From Armatimonadota bacterium (GTDB taxonomy: Bacteria; Armatimonadota; SYMT01), in assembly GCA_041690135.1 (NCBI GenBank), contig JAWLHY010000002.1, positions 784,342 to 848,341 on the forward strand: a stretch of DNA of 64,000 nt, in the 5' to 3' direction. Position 1 is the first letter of the stretch. Each line of letters begins with the position of its first letter. Below the pieces are notes generated by a model that was not told the DNA's origin, made no database searches, and saw nothing but the letters and a program-made list of their open reading frames with translations. Positions 27,720-37,461 of this stretch are shown piece after piece. Made by a program: the position numbers and the translations under genes.

Positions 27720-27917
27720 TTATCCGGTGGATTGAGCCGGTCCGACGAAGAGGACCATGACGGCCATCCAGACCAGGACCAGGACCAGCGCAATCCCCAC
27801 GACCACCACAATGGACCGGCTCGCCGAGGCCGGCCGGGTGGAAGGCATCCGGCTCACCGCCACGAGAGCCCCAATGACCAGAATCACGGCAGCCAGGATC
27901 AACGGCAGGGTGGTCAT
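27720..27917 (-). CDS. Small two-TM membrane protein, 65 aa
   Basis: Two hydrophobic stretches; starts 4 nt after gcvT stop. Confidence 0.6.
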   Translation of the reverse strand: MTTLPLILAAVILVIGALVAVSRMPSTRPASASRSIVVVVGIALVLVLVWMAVMVLFVGPAQSTG

Positions 27918-27921
27918 CAGC

Positions 27922-29019
27922 TTAACGACGCTGCGCCCGGTAGAACGGCAGCGGCGTCACCACCATCGGCTCCGCGCGCTCGCGGATGATGACGTCCACT
28001 TCCGTTCCGGGCTCCGCCAGTTCTGGCGGCACATAGGCCATGCCGATCGGTTTGCTCAATGTGGGCGAGAAGGTTCCGCTGGTGACGAAGCCGACGTCCT
28101 GCCCATCTTTCCGCACCACGTAGTCCTGGCGCGGAATGGCCCGGGTGGCGCTGGTGAGACCGACCAGCACCAGCGCCGCGCCGGCCTGCAGGTACTCTGT
28201 CAGCTTCTCACGCCCCAGGAAGGCGCCCTTCTCCATCTTTACCGTCCACATCAGCCCGGCGGAGAGGGGGTTCACCTCTTCCCAGATCTCGTGGCCGTAG
28301 AGCACGTTCCCGGCCTCGATCCGCAGCACGTCCCGCGCGCCCAGCCCGCACGGCTTTACCCGGCCCTCGCCGGCCTCGCTGATCGTTTTCCACAGCGCCG
28401 CGGCATCTCCCTGGGTGAACAGCTCGAACCCATCCTCGCCTGTGTACCCGGTTCGCGAGACGACGCAGGGAATGCCCGCGACCTCTCCGGCCGCGAATCC
28501 GAACCGCCGGAGCTCCGCCAGGGGGCCGCTGCAGAGCGGTTGCAGAATCTCCAGCGCCACGGGTCCTTGCAGCGCAATCAGCGAGGTGACCAGCGACGAG
28601 TCCTCCAGGCGGACCCCGGGGAGCAGCTTGCCCTCGAGCCAGGCATAATCCTTGGCGGTGTTGCCCGCGTTGACGACGACCATGAAGGTCTCGTCGTCCA
28701 CGCAGTAGACCAGGATGTCGTCGATGATGCCGGCTTCCTCATCCAGCAGCAGCGAGTACTGGGCACGCCCCGGAGTCAGCCGCGCAACGTCGTTCGTCGT
28801 CATGGAGTTCAGCCACGCCAGGGCCGCGGGGCCCGTCACGTGGAACTCCCCCATGTGGCACACGTCGAACAGGCCGGCGGAGGTGCGGGTGGCCTTGACC
28901 TCATCGATGACGCCGGAATACTGGACCGGCATCTCCCACCCGGAAAACGGGACCATCCGGGCCCCCAGGGCGACGTGGGTATCGTAAAGCGGTGTGCGGC
29001 GGAGCGGTGCCTCGGACAT
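27922..29019 (-). CDS. gcvT: Glycine cleavage aminomethyltransferase
   Basis: RTPLY, FSGWEMPVQY, GLFDV.HMG, SRTGYTGEDGFE, GLGARDVLRIEAG. Confidence 0.96.
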   Translation of the reverse strand: MSEAPLRRTPLYDTHVALGARMVPFSGWEMPVQYSGVIDEVKATRTSAGLFDVCHMGEFHVTGPAALAWLNSMTTNDVARLTPGRAQYSLLLDEEAGIIDDILVYCVDDETFMVVVNAGNTAKDYAWLEGKLLPGVRLEDSSLVTSLIALQGPVALEILQPLCSGPLAELRRFGFAAGEVAGIPCVVSRTGYTGEDGFELFTQGDAAALWKTISEAGEGRVKPCGLGARDVLRIEAGNVLYGHEIWEEVNPLSAGLMWTVKMEKGAFLGREKLTEYLQAGAALVLVGLTSATRAIPRQDYVVRKDGQDVGFVTSGTFSPTLSKPIGMAYVPPELAEPGTEVDVIIRERAEPMVVTPLPFYRAQRR

Positions 29020-29173
29020 GCGTGTTGTTCAGAGTCGAAAGTCTGGCCCACGGCAACTCCGCGGTCCCAGCCCCATTATAGCCCACCTCCTCCCTCGTTG
29101 GAGGTGCGGCCGCATCTGCGGTGTCTACGGTTCTCCAATGGTTGTGCGAACCATCTTGATGGAGATCCTGGCG

Positions 29174-29190
29174 GTCTATAGAATATAGAC
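29174..29190. promoter_or_regulatory. Palindromic operator upstream of vapBC
   Basis: GTCTATA-GAA-TATAGAC perfect inverted repeat 22 nt before the antitoxin start. Confidence 0.6.
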
Positions 29191-29212
29191 AGATGTATAG
29201 AAAGGCAGACCG

Positions 29213-29467
29213 ATGGCGCTCAGTATCAAGCATCCGGAAGCCGACCGGCTGGCTCGCGAACTTGCGGCGTGTACTGGCGAAAGCCTTACCGATGCCGTCC
29301 TTGAGGCACTACGCGAACGCCTGCAGCGTGAGCAAGCTCGCCGCGAGGTGGGCAGTCTGAGCGAAGAAATTAGGCGGATCGGCAAACGCTGTGCGTCACT
29401 TCCGGTGTTGGATGCGCGGCCTGCCGATGAGATCCTCGGCTACGACGAGCGCGGGTTGCCGAACTGA
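29213..29467 (+). CDS. vapB: VapB antitoxin (Rv0623-like)
   Basis: [32 protein letters not shown]...ILGYDE.GLP. Confidence 0.9.
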   Translation: MALSIKHPEADRLARELAACTGESLTDAVLEALRERLQREQARREVGSLSEEIRRIGKRCASLPVLDARPADEILGYDERGLPN

Positions 29468-29865
29468 TGGTCATCGATACCTCGGCGTTGGTCGCTATCT
29501 TACTCGACGAACCTGAATCGCAAGCTATCGGCGAAGCCATCGATCGGGATCCTAACCGACTCCTCTCGGCAGCTTCGTTGGTGGAGGTGAGTCTCGTCAT
29601 TGAGTGTCGATTTGGCGAGCCGGGAATCCGGGAGTTAGACCTGTTGCTCTACAAGTCGTCGGTGGATGTCCGGCCTGTGGACCGCCGACAGGCCGAAATC
29701 GCCCGCGATGCATTCCGTCGCTATGGAAAGGGGCGCCATCCGGCCGGGCTGAACTTCGGAGACTGCTTCTCTTATGCGCTATCCCAGGTAACTGGAGAGC
29801 CCCTCCTTTTCAAAGGGAACGACTTCTCACAGACGGATCTGGTAGCTGTGGAGTGGTCACTGTAA
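29467..29865 (+). CDS. vapC: VapC PIN-domain toxin
   Basis: [42 protein letters not shown]. Confidence 0.93.
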   Translation: MVIDTSALVAILLDEPESQAIGEAIDRDPNRLLSAASLVEVSLVIECRFGEPGIRELDLLLYKSSVDVRPVDRRQAEIARDAFRRYGKGRHPAGLNFGDCFSYALSQVTGEPLLFKGNDFSQTDLVAVEWSL

Positions 29866-30645
29866 TCAGCCACTGCGCCGCCGACGTGGAGCGGAAATAG
29901 GGACCGCTGTGATCTTCCGCTCCGGGCAGGGCACCAGTACGGGCGCGTCCGTGGTGAAGCCCGCGGGCACTTTCACCGGCTCCAGGATGGTCCGCGCATT
30001 CATCTCCACGGTCACCTTCTCGATGCGCACCGGCTTCAACTTGGAGGTGACGCTCGGGACGAACAGCACGTCGTAGGTGCCGGGCTGCAGGAACCGCGTC
30101 TCGAAGTACGCGGGAAGGATGGGGGTGCCCATCCGCGCCTCCATGGCCACGGTGAACCCCCGGTAAATTTTGATCGTGCCCTCAACGGGGGCGCCCTGCT
30201 CCGTCAGCAGCCGCAGTTCCAGCCAGCCGCCCACCCAGTTTCGCGGCATGTCCTCCCGGATGGGGATGCCCTCTTCCTGGTAGAACAGCGCGTTTGCCGG
30301 AGCGGCCGGCTCGAGGACCACGTTAACCTGCTTCTCGCCGAAGGTGTCGAGGTCGACCCCCCAGATTCGCTTGGGGTGCGCGCTTGGCGCCACCACGAAG
30401 AGTTCGTGCCGTCCCGCCACCAGTCCCGGAATCGAGTAGCCCACGTTGCGCCCGCCTCGGAACTTCACCGCGTAGGAGCGGTACTTTGCCTCCCGGGCGA
30501 TATACAGGCGGGCATTCGCGACGTTGCCGCCGCGATAGGTGACCATCCCGGTCAGCGTGGTCTGGCCCGTTTGCGCCCGGCTGCCTCGCGCCAGGGTCGC
30601 GGCCCCAAGGCCCATGAGGAAGATACGCCTGCTGCTTCGTGCCAT
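29866..30645 (-). CDS. Hypothetical exported protein (Tat-like signal, carboxypeptidase-regulatory-like beta domains)
   Basis: SRRIFL twin-arginine motif; AGGAG RBS. Confidence 0.65.
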   Translation of the reverse strand: MARSSRRIFLMGLGAATLARGSRAQTGQTTLTGMVTYRGGNVANARLYIAREAKYRSYAVKFRGGRNVGYSIPGLVAGRHELFVVAPSAHPKRIWGVDLDTFGEKQVNVVLEPAAPANALFYQEEGIPIREDMPRNWVGGWLELRLLTEQGAPVEGTIKIYRGFTVAMEARMGTPILPAYFETRFLQPGTYDVLFVPSVTSKLKPVRIEKVTVEMNARTILEPVKVPAGFTTDAPVLVPCPERKITAVPISAPRRRRSG

Positions 30646-30851
30646 GCCTTACTCCTGCCGTCGTTCTCGTGGGAGCTTTCGTTTCTTTAGTCGGTCGCCT
30701 GCTCTACGACCTCCTCCCGGAACGTGCGCCGTATCGCACAGAGTATACGGAACGCAACGGCGGATCGTTCGTTATGGTGTGCCGGTGGCGGGATAGCATG
30801 ACTCCGGTACGAGCGGGCCATTGGATCTTGAGTTAGCGAAAGGAGAACACG

Positions 30852-31310
30852 ATGCTGCAGGTAGGCGATCCGGCTCCCGACTTCACTGCGACGGATGGAA
30901 ACGGTAACCCCGTCAGTCTCGCCGCGCTCCGGGGGAAGAAGGTGGTGCTGTACTTCTACCCGAAGGATATGACCCCCGGGTGCACCCAGGAAGCGTGCGA
31001 CTTCCGCGACCGCTACGCCGAGCTTCAGGAGGCGGGCGCCGTGCTGCTGGGAGTGAGCCCGGACAGCGGCAAGAGCCACGCGCGGTTTACCGCGAAGTAC
31101 GAACTGCCCTTCCCGCTCCTTGCGGACGAAGACCATGCGGTGGCGGAAAGCTACGGCGTCTGGAAGGAGAAGTCGATGTACGGCAAGACGTACATGGGCA
31201 TCGAGCGGAGCACCTTCCTGATCGATCCCGAGGGCAAGATCGCCCGCGTCTGGCCGAAGGTAAAGGTCACCGGTCACGGGGATGAGGTGCTTGCCGCGGT
31301 GAAGGACTAG
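30852..31310 (+). CDS. bcp: Thioredoxin-dependent peroxiredoxin BCP
   Basis: VVLYFYPKDMTPGCTQEACDFRD, GIERSTFLID; AAGGAG RBS. Confidence 0.95.
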   Translation: MLQVGDPAPDFTATDGNGNPVSLAALRGKKVVLYFYPKDMTPGCTQEACDFRDRYAELQEAGAVLLGVSPDSGKSHARFTAKYELPFPLLADEDHAVAESYGVWKEKSMYGKTYMGIERSTFLIDPEGKIARVWPKVKVTGHGDEVLAAVKD

Positions 31311-31398
31311 GGTTTCCTTCGCGATTGGCAGCGACTCCCACTGGGGAAAGTCCAGAGTGTCTCCCGTCACCGAGCTGGGAGGCCCCAGGGAGAAGCGA

Positions 31399-31752
31399 AT
31401 GCCAAGAGGAGCCAGTGCGAAACGCGAAAGGGAGTACGAAGAGCTCGTCGACCGGTTCGAGGAAGAAGGCCGGTACGAGGGCCGCGAGGAAGAGGTGGCC
31501 GCCCGCATCGTAAACAAGCAGCGGGCGGAGTTCAGCGAGACCCAAGAAGCGAAAGCGAAAGACCGGGAAGGCACGTCGCCAGACCGGAATCTGCCCATCG
31601 ACCACTACGATCACCTGACCGTGGATGAGATCGAGCGGAAACTCGGCAACCTCTCGACCGGCGAGATCCGGAAGATCCGCTCCTACGAGCAGGAACACAA
31701 GAACCGCAAGACTCTGATGGAGCAGCTCGACCGCTGCCTCGACGCCAGGTAA
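31399..31752 (+). CDS. Small stress-type hypothetical protein
   Basis: SAKREREYE...AARIVNKQR motif plus C-terminal LPIDHYD.LTV.EI...YE..HKNRKT motif. Confidence 0.75.
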   Translation: MPRGASAKREREYEELVDRFEEEGRYEGREEEVAARIVNKQRAEFSETQEAKAKDREGTSPDRNLPIDHYDHLTVDEIERKLGNLSTGEIRKIRSYEQEHKNRKTLMEQLDRCLDAR

Positions 31753-31771
31753 CCGTTACCGGGCCGCCGCA

Positions 31772-32923
31772 TCAGGCGGCCCGGCGGTCTTCATTCGCGG
31801 CGCGGTGCGTGTAGGCCCGCACCGCCCGGGCGACTTCCGGGTCCCAGTGCCGCCGGCGCGCGGGATCCTCCGGGTCCCAGGTGACCCAGGCGCCGGGCGC
31901 GGGTTGGCCCCAATCGAAATCCCCGAGCGTCAGGATGGGCGCCCAGGTGACCAGGCGGGCATCCGCGCCCTGGCGGTTCGCTTCTTCCAATTGGACGTCC
32001 AGCAGTTCCAGCCAGCCGGCGACCGAATGGCAGTGGGAGAAGTGACAGTTGCCGGTCTCTCCCATGATGATTTTCTTACCGGGAAAGGCTTGCCGGGCCT
32101 CCAGGATCAGGCGGGAAAGCGGCCAACCCTGATCGGCACCCCAGTTGTTGTAGAAGTTGAGGCCGACGATCTGGAGCAGGTCGTCTCGCCCTCCCAGGTC
32201 GTCGGTGCCCAGCTCCTCCAGGGCTTTCGGGTCCGGGTGACCCAGCAGCGTGTGGAACGGCCGGCCCTGTTCGTCCAGGCTCAGGTCCGGGTGCCACGCC
32301 CACGGTTCGTTGAGGGCGATCGGGACCTCCGGGTCCGCCTCGCGGACCGCGCGAGCCATGGCCGTCATCATCCGGCCGACGACCCCGTACATCCGCCACC
32401 AGGAGACGTTGCGCTTCTGGTCCTGGGCGGGCCACCAGCGCCCCCAGTCCGTCATCATGGCTGTCCAGTAGCCGCTCTCCACGACGGGGATGTAGGCCGC
32501 GAAACACCCCCGGTAGCGCTGCGCGACTCGCCCGGCGAACTCCGCCATCAGGTCGAGCACGCGACCGTTCCACAGGTCCGCCTCGCAAATCCAGGGCAAC
32601 CACTCGTAGTGGCATAAAGAAAGGAAAACGCGCCCCTGGCTGACTGTGGCCACCCGGTCCAGGTAGTCCCAGTCGAAGTAACCGGGACATGGAAAAGTGC
32701 GCGCTAGCCAGGCCCCATCGCGGAACCAGGTAAGCCCGAATTCCTCCCGAAAGAGCTGGTAGTCCGCTTCCAGTTGGTCCGCGTGTCCGCTCAGCTCCAA
32801 CTGGTGGAAATCCAGTTCTTTCTGCCATCCCGGAGACCAACCCCGGATATGCCCCGCATCGAACGCCCCGGCCAGCTCCCACGACCGCTTCGCTGCGGGC
32901 GCGGGTTCAGTCGATTCCGCCAT
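31772..32923 (-). CDS. GH1-like TIM-barrel protein
   Basis: Paralogous layout to the adjacent gene: FRDG..W, LCHY, IVGLNFY, IMGETG. Confidence 0.7.
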   Translation of the reverse strand: MAESTEPAPAAKRSWELAGAFDAGHIRGWSPGWQKELDFHQLELSGHADQLEADYQLFREEFGLTWFRDGAWLARTFPCPGYFDWDYLDRVATVSQGRVFLSLCHYEWLPWICEADLWNGRVLDLMAEFAGRVAQRYRGCFAAYIPVVESGYWTAMMTDWGRWWPAQDQKRNVSWWRMYGVVGRMMTAMARAVREADPEVPIALNEPWAWHPDLSLDEQGRPFHTLLGHPDPKALEELGTDDLGGRDDLLQIVGLNFYNNWGADQGWPLSRLILEARQAFPGKKIIMGETGNCHFSHCHSVAGWLELLDVQLEEANRQGADARLVTWAPILTLGDFDWGQPAPGAWVTWDPEDPARRRHWDPEVARAVRAYTHRAANEDRRAA

Positions 32924-32941
32924 CGTGGGTTCTCCCGAAGA

Positions 32942-34252
32942 TCACGCCGCCTGGGGGATCCGGCTCCGAACGGTCTGGTCTCCCGGTTCGCGCTCCGCCC
33001 ACTCCCGGGCGTAACGGCGGAGCTCCGAGAGTTCGACCCGCCGCTGGTTCGTGGCCAGTTCTCCGGGCTCCAGTTGACCGGGCTGGTGCAGCAAGTGCGT
33101 CCACCGGCGCAGTTCCTCCAGATAGGGATCGCAGGGGCAGCGCTCGCAGGTCTCCCGGTCGTGCACGTCGTAGAGGCCGATCTTCGCCCACTCGCCCGTG
33201 TTCCAGTCCGGAATGTCCACGCAGGGATAGAGGCACACGCCCTGGAGGTCGCAGCCCGAGAGCAGCGCCTTCATCGACTCTTCCATCGTCATCCGCAGCC
33301 ATTCCGCCCGCCGGTCCTGGTAGCCGCTGGTCTCGCCAATGATCATTGGCCGCCGGTAGCGTTCCCAGCCGTACATCAGCAGCTCCGAGAGCGGCTTGCG
33401 GTCCGGGTCCCGCGGCCCGAGGACCTCTCGTTCTCCGTTCTCCTTGAGCATGGCCTGGCTGAAGTGGTAGACGTTCACCCCCACGATGTCGAGGATCTCG
33501 GGCGAGCCCCCCAACTCCGGGTTGAGCCGGCCGTGGAGGATGTCCCAGCCCTCATAGGCCTCATCGTAGGATTTGCGGTAGGCCTCGTCGGAGAGGTGCG
33601 GCTGGTCCGGCGGCGGAACGTGATGGACCATCGGGTCCACGTGCACCATCCGTGCGTCCGGAATCACCTCCCGGATCGCCTTCACTCCCTCGATCGCCAT
33701 CCGGCACAGGACCCGCTTGAACTCGGCGTACCGACCCTTCGCGAACGGGTACATCCAGCCCATGTCGGTCCCCGCTCCGGCGAAGAAGGAGATCTCGTTG
33801 ATCGGCGTGAAGAAGCGGGCGCCCGTTCCGCGGGTCAGGACCCGTTCCGCACAGGCGCGGCAATAGTCCGTGAACCGCCGGATGCAGGCATCCGAGAACG
33901 GATCGCAGCCATCCGGGAGGCCGTAGTGGCAGAGGTCCCAGATCGGCGTGATGTGGCACGCTTCCGCCGCTTCCAGGAACGGATCGACCGTAGACCAGTC
34001 GTACCGCCCGTTCCCGAGGTCAACGAAGGGCCAGCGGATCGCCTCCCGCACGACGCCGATCCCCAGGTCTTCCAGCCGCCGGTAATCCTCCTGGAGATAC
34101 CGGTCGTGCGCGGTGAGCTTCACGTAGTCTTTACGCTCGCGGTCCTTCCAGATGAAGGTGGAGCACTCAAAGCCCGCCATGAAGAAGGTGGGAAAGAGCC
34201 CCGGCGTCTCCTGCGCAGGGGCCTCACCCCTATTGGCTCGGCTTTCGGTCAT
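32942..34252 (-). CDS. Glycoside hydrolase family 1-like (beta-glucosidase-related) protein
   Basis: FPTFFMAGFECST, IWDLCHYG.PD, TPINEISF, IGETS, GVCLYP. Confidence 0.8.
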   Translation of the reverse strand: MTESRANRGEAPAQETPGLFPTFFMAGFECSTFIWKDRERKDYVKLTAHDRYLQEDYRRLEDLGIGVVREAIRWPFVDLGNGRYDWSTVDPFLEAAEACHITPIWDLCHYGLPDGCDPFSDACIRRFTDYCRACAERVLTRGTGARFFTPINEISFFAGAGTDMGWMYPFAKGRYAEFKRVLCRMAIEGVKAIREVIPDARMVHVDPMVHHVPPPDQPHLSDEAYRKSYDEAYEGWDILHGRLNPELGGSPEILDIVGVNVYHFSQAMLKENGEREVLGPRDPDRKPLSELLMYGWERYRRPMIIGETSGYQDRRAEWLRMTMEESMKALLSGCDLQGVCLYPCVDIPDWNTGEWAKIGLYDVHDRETCERCPCDPYLEELRRWTHLLHQPGQLEPGELATNQRRVELSELRRYAREWAEREPGDQTVRSRIPQAA

Positions 34253-34285
34253 CAGAGGGCCTCTTCTGCGGTCGAATGCGATGTT

Positions 34286-34507
34286 CTAGAAGGCCGTGCC
34301 GCGCATCGAGCGCCCGATGATCAGGTACACGACCGACCCAATGATCGGAAAGAAGAGGATCGCCAGCGCCCAGATGATCTTCAGCGTGTTGTCCATCGGG
34401 CGCTTGAAGAGGTCCACCAGGGCGTAAATGATGAGGGCCAGCGCCGCGATCCCCAGCAATAGCATGATCAGGAAAGCGCCCCCCACGAATTCGCCAACTT
34501 CCAGCAT
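34286..34507 (-). CDS. PLDc N-terminal domain small membrane protein
   Basis: IYALVDL...KIIWALAILFFPIIGSVVYLIIGR; AAGGAG RBS. Confidence 0.85.
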   Translation of the reverse strand: MLEVGEFVGGAFLIMLLLGIAALALIIYALVDLFKRPMDNTLKIIWALAILFFPIIGSVVYLIIGRSMRGTAF

Positions 34508-34690
34508 AGATTCTCCTTTCGGCAAAAGCCTCCGGGAGGTGGTACCCGCCCGCCCCACTAGTCACACGTTGACGGCAGGTTGAAGGCCGAAGCACGTGCG
34601 CGAGTGTCGGTTATAGCAAGATCTTGCCTGGATTCGCGCTTAAAATTACAATGGTCTTTCGCATATGCGACTTCCGAGGAGACCAGGGAA

Positions 34691-35053
34691 ATGAGCCCCG
34701 CCGAGATCGAACTGGGGAAACGCGAGTTCCAGGCAACCTGGAAAGCAATGTTCACGCGCGTGCTCGGCTGGTCCACAGAGCAAGCTGAGATCTGGATCGA
34801 AAATCGGGCATCGATCTGGGAGAGCTCGTGGTTTCTTCACGATTCCCCAGTCAAAGAGATCGTGGATGTGTTGATTCCCGCGGACCTCCGGGAGCGCTGC
34901 AAGAGATTGGTTCTGGTAGAACTGGTGCAGCGCATTGAGGAAGTGCTGATGCCACAGTGGGACTGGCATCCTGACCAAAACCCGAACTTCGATTGGGACG
35001 CCGCCAGAACAAAACTTGAGGCACTCCTCCACGAGTATCGAAGCACCGTGTGA
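34691..35053 (+). CDS. Hypothetical protein
   Basis: Protein-like 120 aa, lower GC than flanks. Confidence 0.55.
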   Translation: MSPAEIELGKREFQATWKAMFTRVLGWSTEQAEIWIENRASIWESSWFLHDSPVKEIVDVLIPADLRERCKRLVLVELVQRIEEVLMPQWDWHPDQNPNFDWDAARTKLEALLHEYRSTV

Positions 35054-35169
35054 CTGAGGTCCTGCCAATGAAAACAGCTTCGTCGATGTTTAGGCTGAGG
35101 AGGCCGGCTTCGCCATTTGTAGGCGCGAGTTCACTCGCCCAATCGTAGCGTTTTTCTTGATGGTTCCAG
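35054..35169. repeat. REP/MITE-like element, copy 2 (degenerate)
   Basis: Core TGTAGGCGCGAGTTCACTCGCCCAA at 35118-35142. Confidence 0.65.
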
Positions 35170-35200
35170 CGAACGGAGCAGCCTACAGTCTGCTCCGATG

Positions 35201-35959
35201 CTATTTGCTGGCCGGTGTGTACAGGTACAGCGTCCCGATCTGCCGGTAACCCACCACGGGATAAAGCCTGGCGCCCGTGTGGCTGGCGAGGAGCACGGCG
35301 GATCGGGCGCCGGAAGCCCGGTCGTCGCGGAGCATCCGGCAGAGCATGGCGCGGGCGATCCCGCGGCGGCGGAACTCCGGCTTCACGTACATGTTCGAGC
35401 ACCAGGAAGCGCTGCCCGCCGCGATACTCCGGACCCAGCCCACCAACTCGCCGTCTATCTCGGCCACGTATTGGCGGAGCTCGTCGTCCCGGCCCAGGTG
35501 CCGCGGCAGCACCTGCCGCGAACGCGCCGCCCGGTTGAGCCGGTCCGCCAGTTCCTGCGTTTCCACGCGCGCAATGGTGGCCGGCGCCGGGAAGTCCGGG
35601 ATCTCCTTCAGGGCGTGGATCATCAACGGCTCCGTAACGCCCAAACGATAACCTAGGGCCTTGTAGCCTTCGCGGAGGGACTGGTCCGGCTCACCCTCGG
35701 GCAGGATGGCGCAGATCGCGAACCGCCCCCGCGTCTGCTCGCGGACGATCCGGTCCGTCTCCTCCGGCGGCACGTTGAAGGCGACCCACTCTTCGCAGCG
35801 GTAGTCGCCCCGCTTTCTCGGCCCGTCCCGCAGCGCCCACAGCGGCCCCACCCGTTCCGCCAGGAAGGGATGCGTGAAGCTGCGCGTGTAACTGAAGCCG
35901 CGCGCAAATGCCTCCAGCGCCCGCTCGATTTCGGCTGTATCGGATCCCGTAGTTCCCAT
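35201..35959 (-). CDS. GNAT family N-acetyltransferase
   Basis: NMYVKPEFRRRGIARAML, GARLY..VGY; GGAGGGAG RBS. Confidence 0.88.
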   Translation of the reverse strand: MGTTGSDTAEIERALEAFARGFSYTRSFTHPFLAERVGPLWALRDGPRKRGDYRCEEWVAFNVPPEETDRIVREQTRGRFAICAILPEGEPDQSLREGYKALGYRLGVTEPLMIHALKEIPDFPAPATIARVETQELADRLNRAARSRQVLPRHLGRDDELRQYVAEIDGELVGWVRSIAAGSASWCSNMYVKPEFRRRGIARAMLCRMLRDDRASGARSAVLLASHTGARLYPVVGYRQIGTLYLYTPASK

Positions 35960-36408
35960 CGCTCCCTCCCGACCGCTATGGCCCGCAGAACGGCCTTTCG
36001 TCCCATCGCTGCTCTGCTGGATTCAAAGTCCGGACCCAAAGGTCCTCCACCGTACGGTACGCTCATTGCGATAGACTGGCCGGATGGTCTCAGGTGCCAA
36101 TGAGCCATAAGTTTTCGAGGTCAAGTAGAGCTCAAGATTCGTGCTCGCCATCGAGTCAGCTTGGTCGGCGTCCAGCGTTGAAATAGCCGAAATCAGCCGC
36201 ATTAGATGCCTTCACTCACGGGGATTGCACGAGCTTGCTGGAACGGTTCTGCCGAACGGACCTATCAACGGTCGCGCACCGAAGTAGGGCAGGCTCTCCG
36301 ATGCCTGCCTTGTCGTGGTTACGCATCAGTAGTGCTGAGTGGGACTCTGCGCCGGCACCCAACGTGCGTGAATGGGAAGTCGTTGAGGCGAATAACAGGA
36401 GGTGTCGG

Positions 36409-36723
36409 TTGACGCCACAGCGGATTTGCCGGGTGGAAGCCACATTTATGGTTCAGGGGCGCGGACTGGCGGTCGTGCTCGGCGAATGGGAGAGTGGAGA
36501 ACTCAGAGCGGGAGCCCGGATTGAGATCCGCGGAAGCGACGGCCGTATTCACCGGACGCGCATCAAGTCTATTGAGATGGTCCGCTTTGCTCCCGGTGCG
36601 GATCGGAAGGTCGATGAGTGCGATGGTGGTGCACTTCTTCTTGAGGATTCGGAGCCCGGCGACGTGAGGCCGGGGGATGAAGTGTGGTCCGTAGTGGACC
36701 ATCCGACGGTCCCTCCGGTGTAA
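36409..36723 (+). CDS. Stand-alone EF-Tu domain II-like beta-barrel protein
   Basis: VEATFMVQGRG..V.GE.ESGEL..G..IEI....TRIKSIEM...GALLL...DVRPGD; AGGAGG RBS before TTG. Confidence 0.6.
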   Translation: MTPQRICRVEATFMVQGRGLAVVLGEWESGELRAGARIEIRGSDGRIHRTRIKSIEMVRFAPGADRKVDECDGGALLLEDSEPGDVRPGDEVWSVVDHPTVPPV

Positions 36724-36753
36724 TCGAGGACAAGTGTGTTAGGAGACCACCGA

Positions 36754-37461
36754 ATGACCGCAGCAGACATTCTGCAGCAGCTAGAGCCCCTGGGAACGGA
36801 ATCCTACAAGCGGGTACTGTTCAACCACGGGGTGGTGGAGCCGGTCTTCGGGGTCAAGATCGCGGACCTGAAGCCGATCCAGAAGCGGATCAAGAAGGAC
36901 TACCAGCTCGCGCTCGATCTCTACGATACGGGGATCTACGACGCGCAGTACCTGGCTGGCCTGATTGCCGATGAGCGCCGGATGACCCGGGAAGACCTGG
37001 GCCGCTGGGTGGCCCGGGCAAACTGCAGCGCCATCAGCGCCACGACGGTGGCCTGGGTGGCGGCGGAGAGCCCCCACGGGCGCGAGTTGGCCCTGGAGTG
37101 GATCGAGTCGCCGGAAGAGAACACGGCGCAGGCCGGCTGGGCGACCCTGAGTGGGCTGGTAGCCTTGAAGGAAGACGCTCAACTCGACCTGGAGGAGTTG
37201 CGGTCTCTCCTGGAGCGGGTGGCCCGCACGATTCACGAATCGCCGAACCGCGTCCGCTACGCCATGAACGGCTATGTGATCTCCCTGGGGTCTTATGTCG
37301 CCGCATTTACGGAGCCGGCCATCCGCGCGGGGGAGCGGATCGGCAAAGTGTCCGTCGACATGGGCAAAACCGCCTGCGCCGTTCCCTACGCTCCGGACTA
37401 CATCGAGAAGGTCCGGCAGCGTGGCTCTCTCGGCAAGAAGCGGAAGACCGTGCGATGTTGA
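36754..37461 (+). CDS. DNA alkylation repair (AlkD-like) protein
   Basis: FGVKIADLK.I.K.IK.DY.LAL.LY.TG.YDA.YLA, VDMGKTAC.VP.A. Confidence 0.85.
   Translation: MTAADILQQLEPLGTESYKRVLFNHGVVEPVFGVKIADLKPIQKRIKKDYQLALDLYDTGIYDAQYLAGLIADERRMTREDLGRWVARANCSAISATTVAWVAAESPHGRELALEWIESPEENTAQAGWATLSGLVALKEDAQLDLEELRSLLERVARTIHESPNRVRYAMNGYVISLGSYVAAFTEPAIRAGERIGKVSVDMGKTACAVPYAPDYIEKVRQRGSLGKKRKTVRC

Noticed and set aside
29020-29170. Glycine riboswitch upstream of gcvT
   Set aside because: No recognisable aptamer motifs; only a TATAAT-like -10 at 29075-29080 on the minus strand
35960-36400. Short low-GC ORFs (e.g. 59-aa MRLISAISTLDADQ... on minus strand)
   Set aside because: No RBS or family motif; probably gene debris that cannot be supported
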